A DNA stretch of 64,000 bases from an uncultured Gemmatimonadales bacterium (GTDB lineage Bacteria; Gemmatimonadota; Gemmatimonadetes; Gemmatimonadales; GWC2-71-9), in the NCBI GenBank assembly GCA_963844035.1, contig CAWJMT010000037.1, positions 128,001-192,000 on the forward strand, written 5' to 3'. Below, in pieces: positions 1 to 9,838 of the stretch (its first letter is position 1; each line of letters starts with the position of its first letter). Under the pieces are notes generated by a model, which worked only from the letters and a program-made list of their open reading frames with translations, had not been told where the DNA came from and ran no database searches. Made by a program: the position numbers and the translations under genes.

Positions 1-135
1 GGTGGCATACTGAGCGATCACCTTGGCGCCGAGCTTTTCGATTTCCTTGTTCACTTCCTGAAGCCGGGCCGGGTTCTGCATGAGGGTCTTGGCGCCCTCG
101 TCGGTCAGGTTCGACAGCATCACGTACGTGGCCAT
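1..135 (-). CDS. GYD domain protein (5' part; runs off window)
   Basis: Manual translation MATYVMLSNLTDEGAKTLMQNPARLQEVNKEIEKLGAKVIAQYAT; AAGGAG-type RBS upstream; matches the GYD-family N-terminal pattern. Confidence 0.75.
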   Translation of the reverse strand, partial: MATYVMLSNLTDEGAKTLMQNPARLQEVNKEIEKLGAKVIAQYAT

Positions 136-164
136 CGGTCTCTCCTTGTCAGACGGTATTCGCC

Positions 165-1454
165 TCACCCCCGCTGGGCCATCGGGACATAGTCCCGCGC
201 GTCCTGGCCCGTGAAGACCTGCCGGGGCCGCGCGATGCGCTGCTCCTTGTCGAGCAGCATCTCCTGCCACTGCGCCAGCCATCCGGGCGTGCGTCCGATC
301 GCGAACAGCACCGGAAACATGGCCACCGGAATGTGCATCGCCTCGTAGATGATCCCGGAATAGAAGTCGACGTTCGGGTACAGTTTCCGGGATACGAAGT
401 AGTCGTCCTGGAGCGCGATCCGCTCCAGCTCGAGCGCGATATCCACGAGGGGATTCTTGCCCGTGAGGTCGAACACCTCGTCGGCGATCCGTTTGATGAT
501 CCGGGCCCGTGGGTCGTAGCTCTTGTAGATGCGGTGCCCGAACCCCATCAGCCGCAGCTCGCCGCGCTTTACGCGCTCGATGTACGCGGGAATCTTGTCC
601 TTCGATCCGATCGCGCGCAGCATCCGGAGCACTTCCTCGTTGGCGCCGCCGTGCAGCGGGCCGTACAGGGCGGCGGCCGCGGCCGCCGTGCAGGAGTACG
701 GGTCGGCATGCGACGACCCGACGGTGCGCATCGCGCTCGTGGAGCAATTCTGCTCGTGGTCGGCGTGGAGCAGGAACAACACGTCCAGCGCCCGCTGCAG
801 CGTCGGGTTGGGGACGTATTTTACCTCGGTCGTCAGGAACATCATGTTCAGAAAATTGCCGGAATAGCTCAGCTCGTTGTCGGGGTACGCGTACGGCATC
901 CCGACCGAATGCCGGTGCGCGAACGCCGCGAGCGTGGGCGTTTTGGCGATCAGGCGGATGATCTGGATGCGGCGCGACTCTTCATCGTGAATGTTCTTCG
1001 CCTCGGGGTAGAACGTGGAGAGCGCCGCCACGGTGCTCACGAACACACCCATCGGGTGCGCGTCGTGATGAAAGCCGTCGATGAATTTCTTGATGTTCTC
1101 GTGAATGAACGTGTGGTGCGTGATTTCGCGCACCCACTGGTCGAGCTGCGCCGCCGTCGGCAGCTCTCCGTGCAGCACGAGGTAGGCAGTCTCGAGGTAG
1201 GTGCTCTTGTCCGCGAGCTGCTCGATGGGGTAGCCGCGGTAGCGGAGGATCCCCTTGTCGCCGTCGATGTAGCTGATGGCGCTGCGGCACGACGCGGTGT
1301 TGATGTACCCCGGGTCGTAGGACAGGAGGCCGGCATCGTCTTCCCGCGCCTTGAGTTGTCGCAGGTCCGCCGCGCGCACGGTGCCGTCCTGAATCGGGAT
1401 CTCGTACTGCTTGCCCGTGCGGTTGTCGGTGATGCTCAGGGTGTCCTTCGGCAC
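165..1454 (-). CDS. gltA: Citrate synthase
   Basis: Motifs YDPGY..TASC.S.I.YIDG.KGIL.YRGYPI, LHADHEQNCST, GPLHGGAN, GFGHRIYK.YDPRA, YPNVDFYSG; likely GTG start at 1454 (VPKDTLSITDNRTGK). Confidence 0.96.
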   Translation of the reverse strand: MPKDTLSITDNRTGKQYEIPIQDGTVRAADLRQLKAREDDAGLLSYDPGYINTASCRSAISYIDGDKGILRYRGYPIEQLADKSTYLETAYLVLHGELPTAAQLDQWVREITHHTFIHENIKKFIDGFHHDAHPMGVFVSTVAALSTFYPEAKNIHDEESRRIQIIRLIAKTPTLAAFAHRHSVGMPYAYPDNELSYSGNFLNMMFLTTEVKYVPNPTLQRALDVLFLLHADHEQNCSTSAMRTVGSSHADPYSCTAAAAAALYGPLHGGANEEVLRMLRAIGSKDKIPAYIERVKRGELRLMGFGHRIYKSYDPRARIIKRIADEVFDLTGKNPLVDIALELERIALQDDYFVSRKLYPNVDFYSGIIYEAMHIPVAMFPVLFAIGRTPGWLAQWQEMLLDKEQRIARPRQVFTGQDARDYVPMAQRG

Positions 1455-1553
1455 GCACAATTTCCTGGGAGGAGCGTCTGGAAACATAACCATCCCGGAC
1501 GGACCACGACGATCGGTGGCGGCGGGTCGGGGGACCGCAGTATGTTGGCTGGC

Positions 1554-2216
1554 ATGACGACACCCGCCCAACCCCGTCGCGAGAGTCTGTATCCCACGCG
1601 CTCGAGCGCGGGGGCGCTGCTCGGCCAGCAGCTCTCCGCCCGGGGCTATCTGGAGTGCGTGCTCCTCGGCATCACCCCGGAAGGCGTCGAAATCGCCGCG
1701 AACGCGGCCAAGGCGATGGGGGGGAAATTCGACGTCCTAGTGGCGTCGTTCATCCGGCTGGGCTCGAACCTCGCACCCGTAGGCGCGATCGCGGAGTCGG
1801 TCCCGTCGGAGATGGACCCCGACTTCATGCCGTCCGGCAGCCTCATGGACAAGCTGTCGGCCGCCATCGACGAGTCCCGCGCCCGGGTGAGCCAGGACAT
1901 CGTGTTGTACCGGACGCAGCGGCCCGTGCGAAAGCTCTCCGGCCGCGTTGCCGTGATCATCGACGGCCAGGTCATCTGGCCCTGGAAGGTGCTGGCGGCC
2001 GCGAAGGCCGCCACGCAGCTCGGCGCGAAGCAGGTGGTGATTGCCACGCCCGTGGCGACCCAGGAAGCCGCCGAGCGGATCTATGCCCGCCGGCTTGAGT
2101 TCGTCTGTCCCAGCATCGTGATGGACAAGGCCGGCCACCCGTCCCCGTACGGCGATATGGCCGGCGAGACGCCGGAGCGACTGCGGAGCATCATGATTGC
2201 GCATCAGGCAGCCTAA
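1554..2216 (+). CDS. Phosphoribosyltransferase-like protein with degenerate PRPP loop
   Basis: 3' part of ORF 333..2216; R..AG.LL, VGAIAE, L.GRVAVIIDG, GAKQVVIATPVA pattern of the putative PRTase family. Confidence 0.7.
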   Translation: MTTPAQPRRESLYPTRSSAGALLGQQLSARGYLECVLLGITPEGVEIAANAAKAMGGKFDVLVASFIRLGSNLAPVGAIAESVPSEMDPDFMPSGSLMDKLSAAIDESRARVSQDIVLYRTQRPVRKLSGRVAVIIDGQVIWPWKVLAAAKAATQLGAKQVVIATPVATQEAAERIYARRLEFVCPSIVMDKAGHPSPYGDMAGETPERLRSIMIAHQAA

Positions 2217-2223
2217 CTACGAC

Positions 2224-2250
2224 AGGCGGTTAGGCGGTTAGGCGGTTAGG
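2224..2250 (+). repeat. Tandem octamer array (AGGCGGTT)x3+
   Basis: aggcggtt aggcggtt aggcggtt agg read directly. Confidence 0.95.
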
Positions 2251-2616
2251 TCATTCCGAGACCGGCGGGCGACCGTCTTGTAGAGACCCATCGTCGTCTT
2301 GCCCGCTTCTGCGTGGATCCGTTCGAACTCCTCCCAGGTCACTCGTCGTCATCGAGTCGAGATCGCGAGCCAGTCGCGCGAAATAGGACAGCTCTGAGAG
2401 CGATCCGAGAGCGATATCCAGGAAGCGTCTCAACTCCGCCGGACCACGCTTTGCGACCCCCTCAGCAATGTTCGCGGAAGCGGACGCCGCGGCACGACGC
2501 ATCTGGGAAGTGATCCCGTACAGTTCGGTGTTCGGGAAGGTGCGAGTGACGCGGTAGGTAAGAAGGGTCAAACGATGGCAATGCTGCCACGCGATAAGAC
2601 GCTCGTAGGGCTTCAT
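2238..2616 (-). CDS. Four-helix-bundle protein (23S rRNA-IVP/TIGR02436-like), frameshift near 2337
   Basis: YERLIAWQ...FP..ELYGITSQMRRAA.S..ANIAEG...RFLDIALGSLSEL; shifted frame continues WEEFERIHAEAGKTTMGLYKTVARRSRNDLTA* with TAA at 2240-2238 inside the repeat array. Confidence 0.9.
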
Positions 2617-2695
2617 GCCCTGACGATAGCCCGACGACAGAGTCTGAGGCAGTGACCAGAATCACCGCTCGCCTTACCGGAATCATTGCCGTTCT

Positions 2696-2724
2696 CTAAC
2701 CGTCTAACCGCCTAACCGTCTAAC
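2696..2724 (+). repeat. Tandem octamer array (CTAACCG[T/C])x3+, inverted relative to 2224-2250
   Basis: ctaaccgt ctaaccgc ctaaccgt ctaac; CTAACCGC is a permutation of the reverse complement of AGGCGGTT. Confidence 0.93.
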
Positions 2725-4599
2725 TCACTCCTTCAGCTCTACTATCCCTTCTTCCAACCACCGATGCTCGCCCCGGAGCACTTCCTGCGCGACGCGGTAG
2801 GTGTGCTGATCTTCGTTGCGCCACAGGCCCTGGAACTTGGCCTTCACGCGTCCCCGTGCCTGCCAGCAGAACAAGTCCGCCAGCTCCACGGCGTGCGCGC
2901 CCTGTGCGGGGTTGCGACGCGCGTCGGCGTGCGCGCGCGCGCAGGTCGCGGCCATCGCGAACAGCTCCGCGCCCACGTCCACGAGACGAAACAGCACCGA
3001 CTGGCGGTACTCGAGTTTCGGGCCAAAGCGCATCATCGCGTGGAACACCCCGCGCGCCAGCCGGCGCGTGCTGCGTTCCACAAACCGCACGTGCCGCGCG
3101 AGCCGTCCGAACTCGTTGTACCTCGGCCAGACGCTCCAGCCGATCCAGCGTGACGGGTACCACCACCCGTAGAAGGCCAGGGCCCGCCCGAGTCCGGTGA
3201 TCCGCTCGCGCGACCGTCTTCCCCGGCATCACCACGTCGCCCGCGGTCGAGAGATGCTTGTCCACCGCCTCGCGGGCGATGAAGAGGTGCATGATCTCGC
3301 TCGAGCCCTCGAAGATCAGATTGATGCGAAAGTCACGCATGACCCGCTCGATCGGGAATCGCGCGCTCCCCGCGCGCGCGGAGCGAGTCCGCCGTCTCGT
3401 AGCCACGACCGCCGCGGATCTGCAGGGCGTCGTCGATGATCCGCCACCCCGCCTCCGAGTTGTATAGCTTCGCGATCGCCGCCTCGAGCCGGATGTCGTA
3501 CCCTCCCTGGTCGGCCTTCGCCCCGCACAGCTCCGCCACTGCTTCCATGGCGATCGTGTTGGCGGCCATCGAGCCGATCTTCTGGGCGATGGCGTCGTGC
3601 TTGCCGATCGGCTGGCCCCACTGCACGCGCTGGCCCGCCCAGGTGCGGCAGATCTCGAGACAGCGCTTACCGGCCGCCGACCGCCGTGATCGGCAGCGTG
3701 AGGCGCCCGGTGTTCAGCGTGATCAGGGCGAGCTTCAGTCCCTTGCCGACGTCCCACAGCACGTTCTCCTTGGGGACGCGGACATTGGTAAAGCGAATCA
3801 CACCGTTGTACAGCGCCTTGAGCCCCATGAAATGGCAGCGGTGCGTGACCTCGACGCCCGGCCAACTCGTCTCGACGATGAAGGCCGTGATCTGCCGCTT
3901 TTCCTTCCCCTTCACGAACGCCGACGGCGTGCGCGCCATGACCACCATCAGCTCGGCCTTGGTGCCGTTGGTGCACCACAGCTTCTCACCGTTCAGGATC
4001 CACGCCTGGCCGTCGTCGGACGGCACGGCGAGGGTTTCCATCGCCGCCGGGTCGGATCCCACGTTCATTTCCGTGAGTGCGAACGCAGAGATGGCTCCCT
4101 TAGCCAGGCGGGGCAGGTACTTCTTCTTTTGGGCATCGGAGCCGAACATTTTGAGCGGCTGCGGGACGCCGATCGACTGGTGTGCCGAGAGCAGGGCGGT
4201 GATGGAGCCATCGACGCTCGACACGAGCTCGATCGCCCGCATGTAGGAGAGCTGGGACAGGCCCAGACCGCCGTATTCGCGCGGGATCTTGATCCCGAAC
4301 GCCCCGAGCGCGCGCAGGCCGTCGATGACGGCGTCAGGAATCTCCCCGTCGCGGTCGATCTGGTCCGAGTCGACCTGTTCGCGCATGAACTTGTCCAGCG
4401 CCGTCAGAAACGGCCGGGCGCGCTGCTCGTCTTCGGGATCTTGTTCGGGATACGGATGGATGAGGTCGGTGCGGAGGTTCCCAAGAAACAGCTCGCGGAC
4501 AAAACTTGGCGCGACCCAATCCTTCTCGCGCGCGGCCTCGGCAACCTCGCGGGCCTGCTCGGCGGAAACCTTGTGCTCTGGTGCGGCAGTAGTAGCCAT
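2725..4599 (-). CDS. Long acyl-CoA dehydrogenase (frameshifts near 3670, 3355, 3205)
   Basis: [74 protein letters not shown] spread over ORFs 3667..4614, 3333..3626, 2720..3979, 2725..3090. Confidence 0.92.
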
Positions 4600-4615
4600 G
4601 GGTCCCTCCGCCAAT

Positions 4616-5305
4616 CTAACTCGTGAGCGGTCCCCGGAGCACCCGCGGCGACAGGCGGAGCGACGCCGCCACGCCTCCCGCGAGCCCGCCCAGGTGTGCC
4701 CAGTTGTCAGTGTAGGGTGTCATGAATCCCATGAGTACCTGATACACCGCCCACGTTGCAAGGACGACGCCGATCCGCTTGTCGCGCACGAAGAAACGGT
4801 GCTCGTAGCGGTACAAGGTTACGATCACGGCCGCGAGGACACCAAAGATGGCCCCCGACGCTCCCACCGACGGGCCGGGGCTGAACAGAGTGCTCGCGAT
4901 TGAGCCCGACACCCCGCTCGCAAGGTAAATCATTGCCAGGCGGAGCGTTCCGAAAGCGTGCTCGCACGCCATCCCGACGACATAGAACACCAGACAATTG
5001 CCGAGCAGGTGCTCGAACCCACCATGAAGGAACGTGGCGCTGAGGAGCCGCCACCATTCCCCGGCGAACACCCTCGCCTGCACCAGGGCCCCCGCCTGAA
5101 TCAAGTGTTCCTTGCTCGTGAGGGCGTCAGTGGCGATCTCCCAGGCGAACACCGTCACGTTCGCGACGATGAGCAACAGCACCAGCGGCGGCGCGTGCCG
5201 CATGCCGCGTTCGAAGTCCACCCGCCCGTCGGGCCGAACGCTCTGCGCCGGCTTCGACGCGAGCATGTCGGGCGTGATGAGGATCGGCTCTTCTCGGTCG
5301 AGCAC
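4616..5305 (-). CDS. Rhomboid intramembrane serine protease
   Basis: [26 protein letters not shown] (catalytic Ser), AHLGG (catalytic His). Confidence 0.95.
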   Translation of the reverse strand: MLDREEPILITPDMLASKPAQSVRPDGRVDFERGMRHAPPLVLLLIVANVTVFAWEIATDALTSKEHLIQAGALVQARVFAGEWWRLLSATFLHGGFEHLLGNCLVFYVVGMACEHAFGTLRLAMIYLASGVSGSIASTLFSPGPSVGASGAIFGVLAAVIVTLYRYEHRFFVRDKRIGVVLATWAVYQVLMGFMTPYTDNWAHLGGLAGGVAASLRLSPRVLRGPLTS

Positions 5306-6195
5306 TACCGGCGCTCACCCGTGTCGAGCATGACCCCCAACGCCAACGCGACACGCCGGTCGAGCGACTTGCCGGTATCGGCTCGCATATCGAGGACGTA
5401 GCGGTCGAGAATCGTGAGCTTGCGGTTGAACTCTCCCACCACGTCGTCCGACCCAGGCCGCACGATGATAAAGTTGGTCCGCAGCAGGCCGAAGAGGGGT
5501 CCCAGCAGGCGCCGGAGCAGCGACAGGATGACCGAGTCTTCCTTGGCCACGAACAGCGTCTGGCCGTTGGTCCCCTTCACGTACCACCGTTTCCGGAACA
5601 GGTTGTAGAGGTAGTTCTTCCACAAGAGCGCCAGCGTACGGCCCGACGCATCGCGAACAGTGTAGGTCGCCGTGATCGGTTGCCACTTCTTGTCCTGCAA
5701 GATTTGCAGCAGCCTTTGGCGCTTCGTCTGGTCGCGGTAGAATGTGACGTGCCGTTTGGCACCCAGGCCGACGCCGACGACGAGGAAGACGACCAGAAAG
5801 GCCACGAAGGCCAGAACGGCGAACAGGCCGGCGAGCGGATCCTCGCGGGGGAACGTGCCACTGATTCCGGCGACGACGACTCCCGCTATGGCCCCCGCCA
5901 CCAGCCCGGCGAGCAGCGCCCCCAGGTTGCGCAGCAGGTGCGCCGGGCGCTCAACGAATACGATCTTGTTGCCCTGCTCGTCGGCGACGTCGTACTTCTC
6001 GCTGATCCTGAGCAGTTGCTGGCGGAGCAGGAAGAGGTCGCGGTCGAACACGGCATCCGCCTGTGGTCGAGCGGCCGCGGCAACCCCCGGCACACGGTTC
6101 TCGGTGCCGCATTGGGGGCATTTGACGGTCCGGCCGGCGAACTCGTCCTTCAGCTCGTAGGAGGTTCCACATTGGCAAACCACGCGGATAGCCAC
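5305..6195 (-). CDS. Zn-ribbon + 2 TM + LURP-one/scramblase-like protein
   Basis: GTG start VAIRVVCQCG...VKCPQCG; two hydrophobic helices; C-terminal VVGEFNRKLTILDRYVLD...DRRVALALGVMLD. Confidence 0.7.
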   Translation of the reverse strand: MAIRVVCQCGTSYELKDEFAGRTVKCPQCGTENRVPGVAAAARPQADAVFDRDLFLLRQQLLRISEKYDVADEQGNKIVFVERPAHLLRNLGALLAGLVAGAIAGVVVAGISGTFPREDPLAGLFAVLAFVAFLVVFLVVGVGLGAKRHVTFYRDQTKRQRLLQILQDKKWQPITATYTVRDASGRTLALLWKNYLYNLFRKRWYVKGTNGQTLFVAKEDSVILSLLRRLLGPLFGLLRTNFIIVRPGSDDVVGEFNRKLTILDRYVLDMRADTGKSLDRRVALALGVMLDTGERR

Positions 6196-6264
6196 GTTGG
6201 GCCCCTGGGGACTAAGGTCGGCCCCAATATAGGGGTTGGCCACGGCGCCATAGAAAACGTCGCC

Positions 6265-8802
6265 ATGAGCGGCAGGTCGTGTGTATGTTTGTCCCCAGTG
6301 CGGTGCACCCTCGGCTTCGTTCTCGCTTTGGTGATTGGCGCCGCCGGCCCTGGCGCGGGGCAACAACTTGCCCCGCCCGGCACCGGCGGCGTTGCGGCGT
6401 TGGTGAACAGCCTCAACGCCCTCGGCGCCGACAAGCGCGTCCTCGTCATCGGCGCCCACCCCGATGACGAGGACAATGCACTGCTCGCCGTCCTGGGGGC
6501 CGGGCTCGGGGCGCGAACCGCGTACCTCTCACTGAGCCGCGGTGAAGGCGGGCAGAATCTCATCGGACCGGAGCTCGGCGCCGATCTCGGCGTGATCCGC
6601 TCGGAAGAGCTGAACGCCGCCAGAAACCTTGACGGAGCCCGCCAGTACTTCACCCGCGCGTTCGACTTCGGCTATTCCAAGACCGCGGAGGAGACGCACC
6701 GGCTGTGGCCCCGCGACTCACTGCTCAAGGACGTCGTCGATGTGATCCGGCGGTTCCGGCCGCAGGTGATCGTCTCGATCTTCTCGGGGACTCCCCGGGA
6801 CGGGCACGGGCAACACCAGATGGCCGGTGAGTTGGCCCGCCAGGCGTTCGATCTGCTCAGGGATTCGAGTTGGGGTCCGACGAAGCTGTATCGCTCCGCG
6901 CGCTCCGACTCAGGCGGCCCGGGCGTCACCCTCCAGGCCGGCCAGCTCGACCCGCTCACCGGCCGGTCGTACTTCCAGCTTGCGGCGGCGAGCCGCAGCC
7001 GGCATCGCTCTCAGGGTGAGGGGCAGGTGGAGCGGACGGGCCCGGCTCCGGTGCGGCTGGCGCTGTTGAAACAGCGCGACACGAGCCGCGCGGCGCGAGA
7101 CGAAGAAGGCCTGTTCGCGGGAGTGGACACGGCGTTGCACGGCGCGGCGGCCTACGTCGCCCTTGTCGATTCAGCGCGCGCCGCCTTGAACCCGCTTCGC
7201 CCCGAAGCAATCCTCCCGCTGCTCGCGCGCGCCGCCGCCGCGCTCGGCAAGGGCACCGGACCGATAGAGACGGAGCAACGCGCGACGCTCGGACGCGCGC
7301 TGGCCGCCGCGGCCGGCGTCGAGGTCGATGGCGTGGCGGACGACTGGGTGGTCGTCGGGGGACAGCGCCTCGAGGTCGAAGCGACCATTTGGAATGCGGG
7401 AACAACCCGCGCCACCTTTGAAGGCGTGCAGCTCGCTGGTCCCGTTGGGTGGATGATCGAGCGGACCGGTGCGGCCGCCGGCCCGCTCGCCGCCGGCGCG
7501 ACGGCGACCAGCCACTTTTCCATGACAGTCCCCTCCGACGTCGAGCGCTCCCAGCCGTACTACCTGCGGCGCCCTCCCCTCTCGGTGGGCGCGTTGTACG
7601 ACTGGTCGGCTGTGCGTCCGGACCTGCGCGGCCTTCCCTTCGACCGCCCCCTGCTCTCGCTCGATTTCCGGATGACGATCGCCGGAGTGCCGGTCACGTT
7701 GACTCGCGAGGTTTCGAATCGCCTCAAGGATCCGGCCAACGGTGAAATCCGCCGCCCACTGCTGGCGGACTGCGCCTTCGACGTCGCCCTGAGCCCCAGC
7801 GTGATCGTCTGGCCAAGCGAAGGGCCGGCGGGCGGACCGCGGCAGATGACGGTGACGGTGACCAACCGGACCCGAGGCCCCGTGGTGGCCGAGGTGACCA
7901 TCACCGCGCCCGGCAGCTGGTCCGTCCCGCCGCCGCTGCGGTTCGCATTCACGCGCGAGGACGAATCGCAGAGCGGGATGGCCACGGTCGCGCCCCCCAC
8001 GCCCGTGGAGCCGGGGCTGGTCCAGGTGGGCGCCGTCGCGGCCGATCGCAGCGGCCGGCGCTGCGAGGGCGGGTCGGTGGTGATCGACTACCCGCACATT
8101 CGGCCGCGGCCGGTGGTGCATCCATCCACGGCCGAAATCCACGTCGCGCGGATCGCGCTGCCCGCGCTGAAGCGTGTGGGATATGTCCGCGGTGCGGCTG
8201 ACCGGGTGCCGGAGGCCTTGGCAGCCGTGGGAGTGCCGGTCGAGATCCTCGGTGGCGACTCGCTCGCGCGGGGAAAGCTGGCGGGCTACGACGCGATTGT
8301 GATCGGCACCCGCGCCTACGAAACGGATCCGGCGCTCGTCGCCAACAACGGCCGCATTCTCGAGTACGCCCGCGGGGGCGGGCTCGTGATCGTCGAGTAC
8401 CAGCAGTACGGTTTCACTCAAGGGGGGTTCGCTCCCTATCCCCTCACCATCGCACGGCCCCATGATCGCGTCACCGACGAGGCTGCGCCGGTCAAGGTGC
8501 TCGATGTGCGCGCGCCGCTGCTTCGCGTGCCGAATGAGATCGGCCCGGCGGACTGGGAAGGATGGGTCCAGGAACGTGGCCTGTACTTCGCGCGCGAGTG
8601 GGACTCCCGCTACACGCCGCTGCTCGAGATGCACGATCCCGGTGAGACGCCGCTCCGGGGCGGGTTGCTGGTGACCCAGGTGGGGGCGGGGACCTATGTC
8701 TACACCGGGCTCGCGTTCTTTCGTCAGCTACCGGCGGGTGTTCCTGGAGCGTATCGCCTGTTCGCGAACCTGCTGGCGCTCCGCCGGACGAATGGGCCGT
8801 AG
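6265..8802 (+). CDS. Exported PIG-L/LmbE family deacetylase with Ig-like and C-terminal glutamine-amidotransferase-like domains
   Basis: Signal-like N-terminus; GAHPDDED, RGEGGQN.IG.E, TRAFDFGYSK, HGQH; C-terminal W.GWVQERGLYF, FFRQLPAGVPGAYRLFANL. Confidence 0.9.
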   Translation: MSGRSCVCLSPVRCTLGFVLALVIGAAGPGAGQQLAPPGTGGVAALVNSLNALGADKRVLVIGAHPDDEDNALLAVLGAGLGARTAYLSLSRGEGGQNLIGPELGADLGVIRSEELNAARNLDGARQYFTRAFDFGYSKTAEETHRLWPRDSLLKDVVDVIRRFRPQVIVSIFSGTPRDGHGQHQMAGELARQAFDLLRDSSWGPTKLYRSARSDSGGPGVTLQAGQLDPLTGRSYFQLAAASRSRHRSQGEGQVERTGPAPVRLALLKQRDTSRAARDEEGLFAGVDTALHGAAAYVALVDSARAALNPLRPEAILPLLARAAAALGKGTGPIETEQRATLGRALAAAAGVEVDGVADDWVVVGGQRLEVEATIWNAGTTRATFEGVQLAGPVGWMIERTGAAAGPLAAGATATSHFSMTVPSDVERSQPYYLRRPPLSVGALYDWSAVRPDLRGLPFDRPLLSLDFRMTIAGVPVTLTREVSNRLKDPANGEIRRPLLADCAFDVALSPSVIVWPSEGPAGGPRQMTVTVTNRTRGPVVAEVTITAPGSWSVPPPLRFAFTREDESQSGMATVAPPTPVEPGLVQVGAVAADRSGRRCEGGSVVIDYPHIRPRPVVHPSTAEIHVARIALPALKRVGYVRGAADRVPEALAAVGVPVEILGGDSLARGKLAGYDAIVIGTRAYETDPALVANNGRILEYARGGGLVIVEYQQYGFTQGGFAPYPLTIARPHDRVTDEAAPVKVLDVRAPLLRVPNEIGPADWEGWVQERGLYFAREWDSRYTPLLEMHDPGETPLRGGLLVTQVGAGTYVYTGLAFFRQLPAGVPGAYRLFANLLALRRTNGP

Positions 8803-9838
8803 GGCTGGCGCACGCGCCTGGGCGGTCGCGCTGGCGCTTTGGGTAGTGGGATGCAGTCGCGATCATCGGACCCCGCTGGTCATCTATTCACCGCACGGCC
8901 GCGACCTCCTCACTCTCTTTCAGCAACGCTTCGAGCAGCTGCATCCCGATGTGGTCGTGCACTGGCTCGATATGGGATCGCAGGAGGTGTACGACCGGCT
9001 GCGGTCCGAGCGGCCCAATCCGCAGGCTGATGTCTGGTTCGGCGGGCCGGGGACGATTTTCGCGCGCGGCGCGCGCGATTCGCTGCTCGAACCGTTCCGT
9101 CCGGGGTGGGCGGAGGCGATCGCGCCGCACGGGCGCGGCCCCGGGGATCTCTACTTCGCCGCGTACCTCACTCCCGCAGTCATTCTCTACGCGACCGATG
9201 CCCTGACGCCCGATCAGGCGCCCCATGACTGGGATGACCTGCTCGATCCGCGATGGAAGGGGAAGGTTCTGATTCGCGATCCCCTCGCCAGCGGGACGAT
9301 GCGCGCGGTGTGGGGCATGATCATCGAACGGGGCCTGCGGATCAGGAACGATACGGCTGCCGGGTTCGGGTGGCTGCGGCGGCTCGACGGACAGACCAAG
9401 GAGTACGTGCTCAACGGCACCCTCCTCAATCAAAAGCTCGTGCGACAAGAGGGCCTCGTCACCATCTGGGATTTGCCGGACGTCCTGTTGAGCCGGCGCG
9501 ACGGCATGCCCATCGGCTACGTGTTCCCGGCGAGCGGGACGCCCGTGATCGAGGATGCCATCGGCGTGGTGCGGGCGGCGCCGCACGCCGCGATGGCGCG
9601 TGCATTCGTGGAATGGGTCGGCACGCCGGAGGCGCAGCTGTTGGCGGCGCGGGACGTGTTCCGGTTGCCCGCACGGCAGGATCTCCCCGAAGACTCGCTT
9701 CCCGAGTGGGCGCGCGGTGTGCGCCGGGAGATGCATGTGGCCGACGTGGATTGGGATGTGCTGGCGGCGCAGGGGGACGAGTGGATGCGGTGGTGGGACG
9801 AGCACGTCCGGGGGCAGGGGAGGGGGAAGGGGAAGTGA
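8792..9838 (+). CDS. ABC transporter substrate-binding lipoprotein (AfuA/FbpA-like)
   Basis: Lipobox VVGC; LVIYSPH, RLRSE..NPQADVWFGG, WDDLLDP.WKGK...DP..SGT. Confidence 0.88.
   Translation: MGRRAGARAWAVALALWVVGCSRDHRTPLVIYSPHGRDLLTLFQQRFEQLHPDVVVHWLDMGSQEVYDRLRSERPNPQADVWFGGPGTIFARGARDSLLEPFRPGWAEAIAPHGRGPGDLYFAAYLTPAVILYATDALTPDQAPHDWDDLLDPRWKGKVLIRDPLASGTMRAVWGMIIERGLRIRNDTAAGFGWLRRLDGQTKEYVLNGTLLNQKLVRQEGLVTIWDLPDVLLSRRDGMPIGYVFPASGTPVIEDAIGVVRAAPHAAMARAFVEWVGTPEAQLLAARDVFRLPARQDLPEDSLPEWARGVRREMHVADVDWDVLAAQGDEWMRWWDEHVRGQGRGKGK

Noticed and set aside
2238..2616. Diversity-generating retroelement (Avd-like gene) or rRNA intervening sequence
   Set aside because: No reverse transcriptase, no TR/VR pair with A-specific mismatches, and no rRNA sequence in the window.
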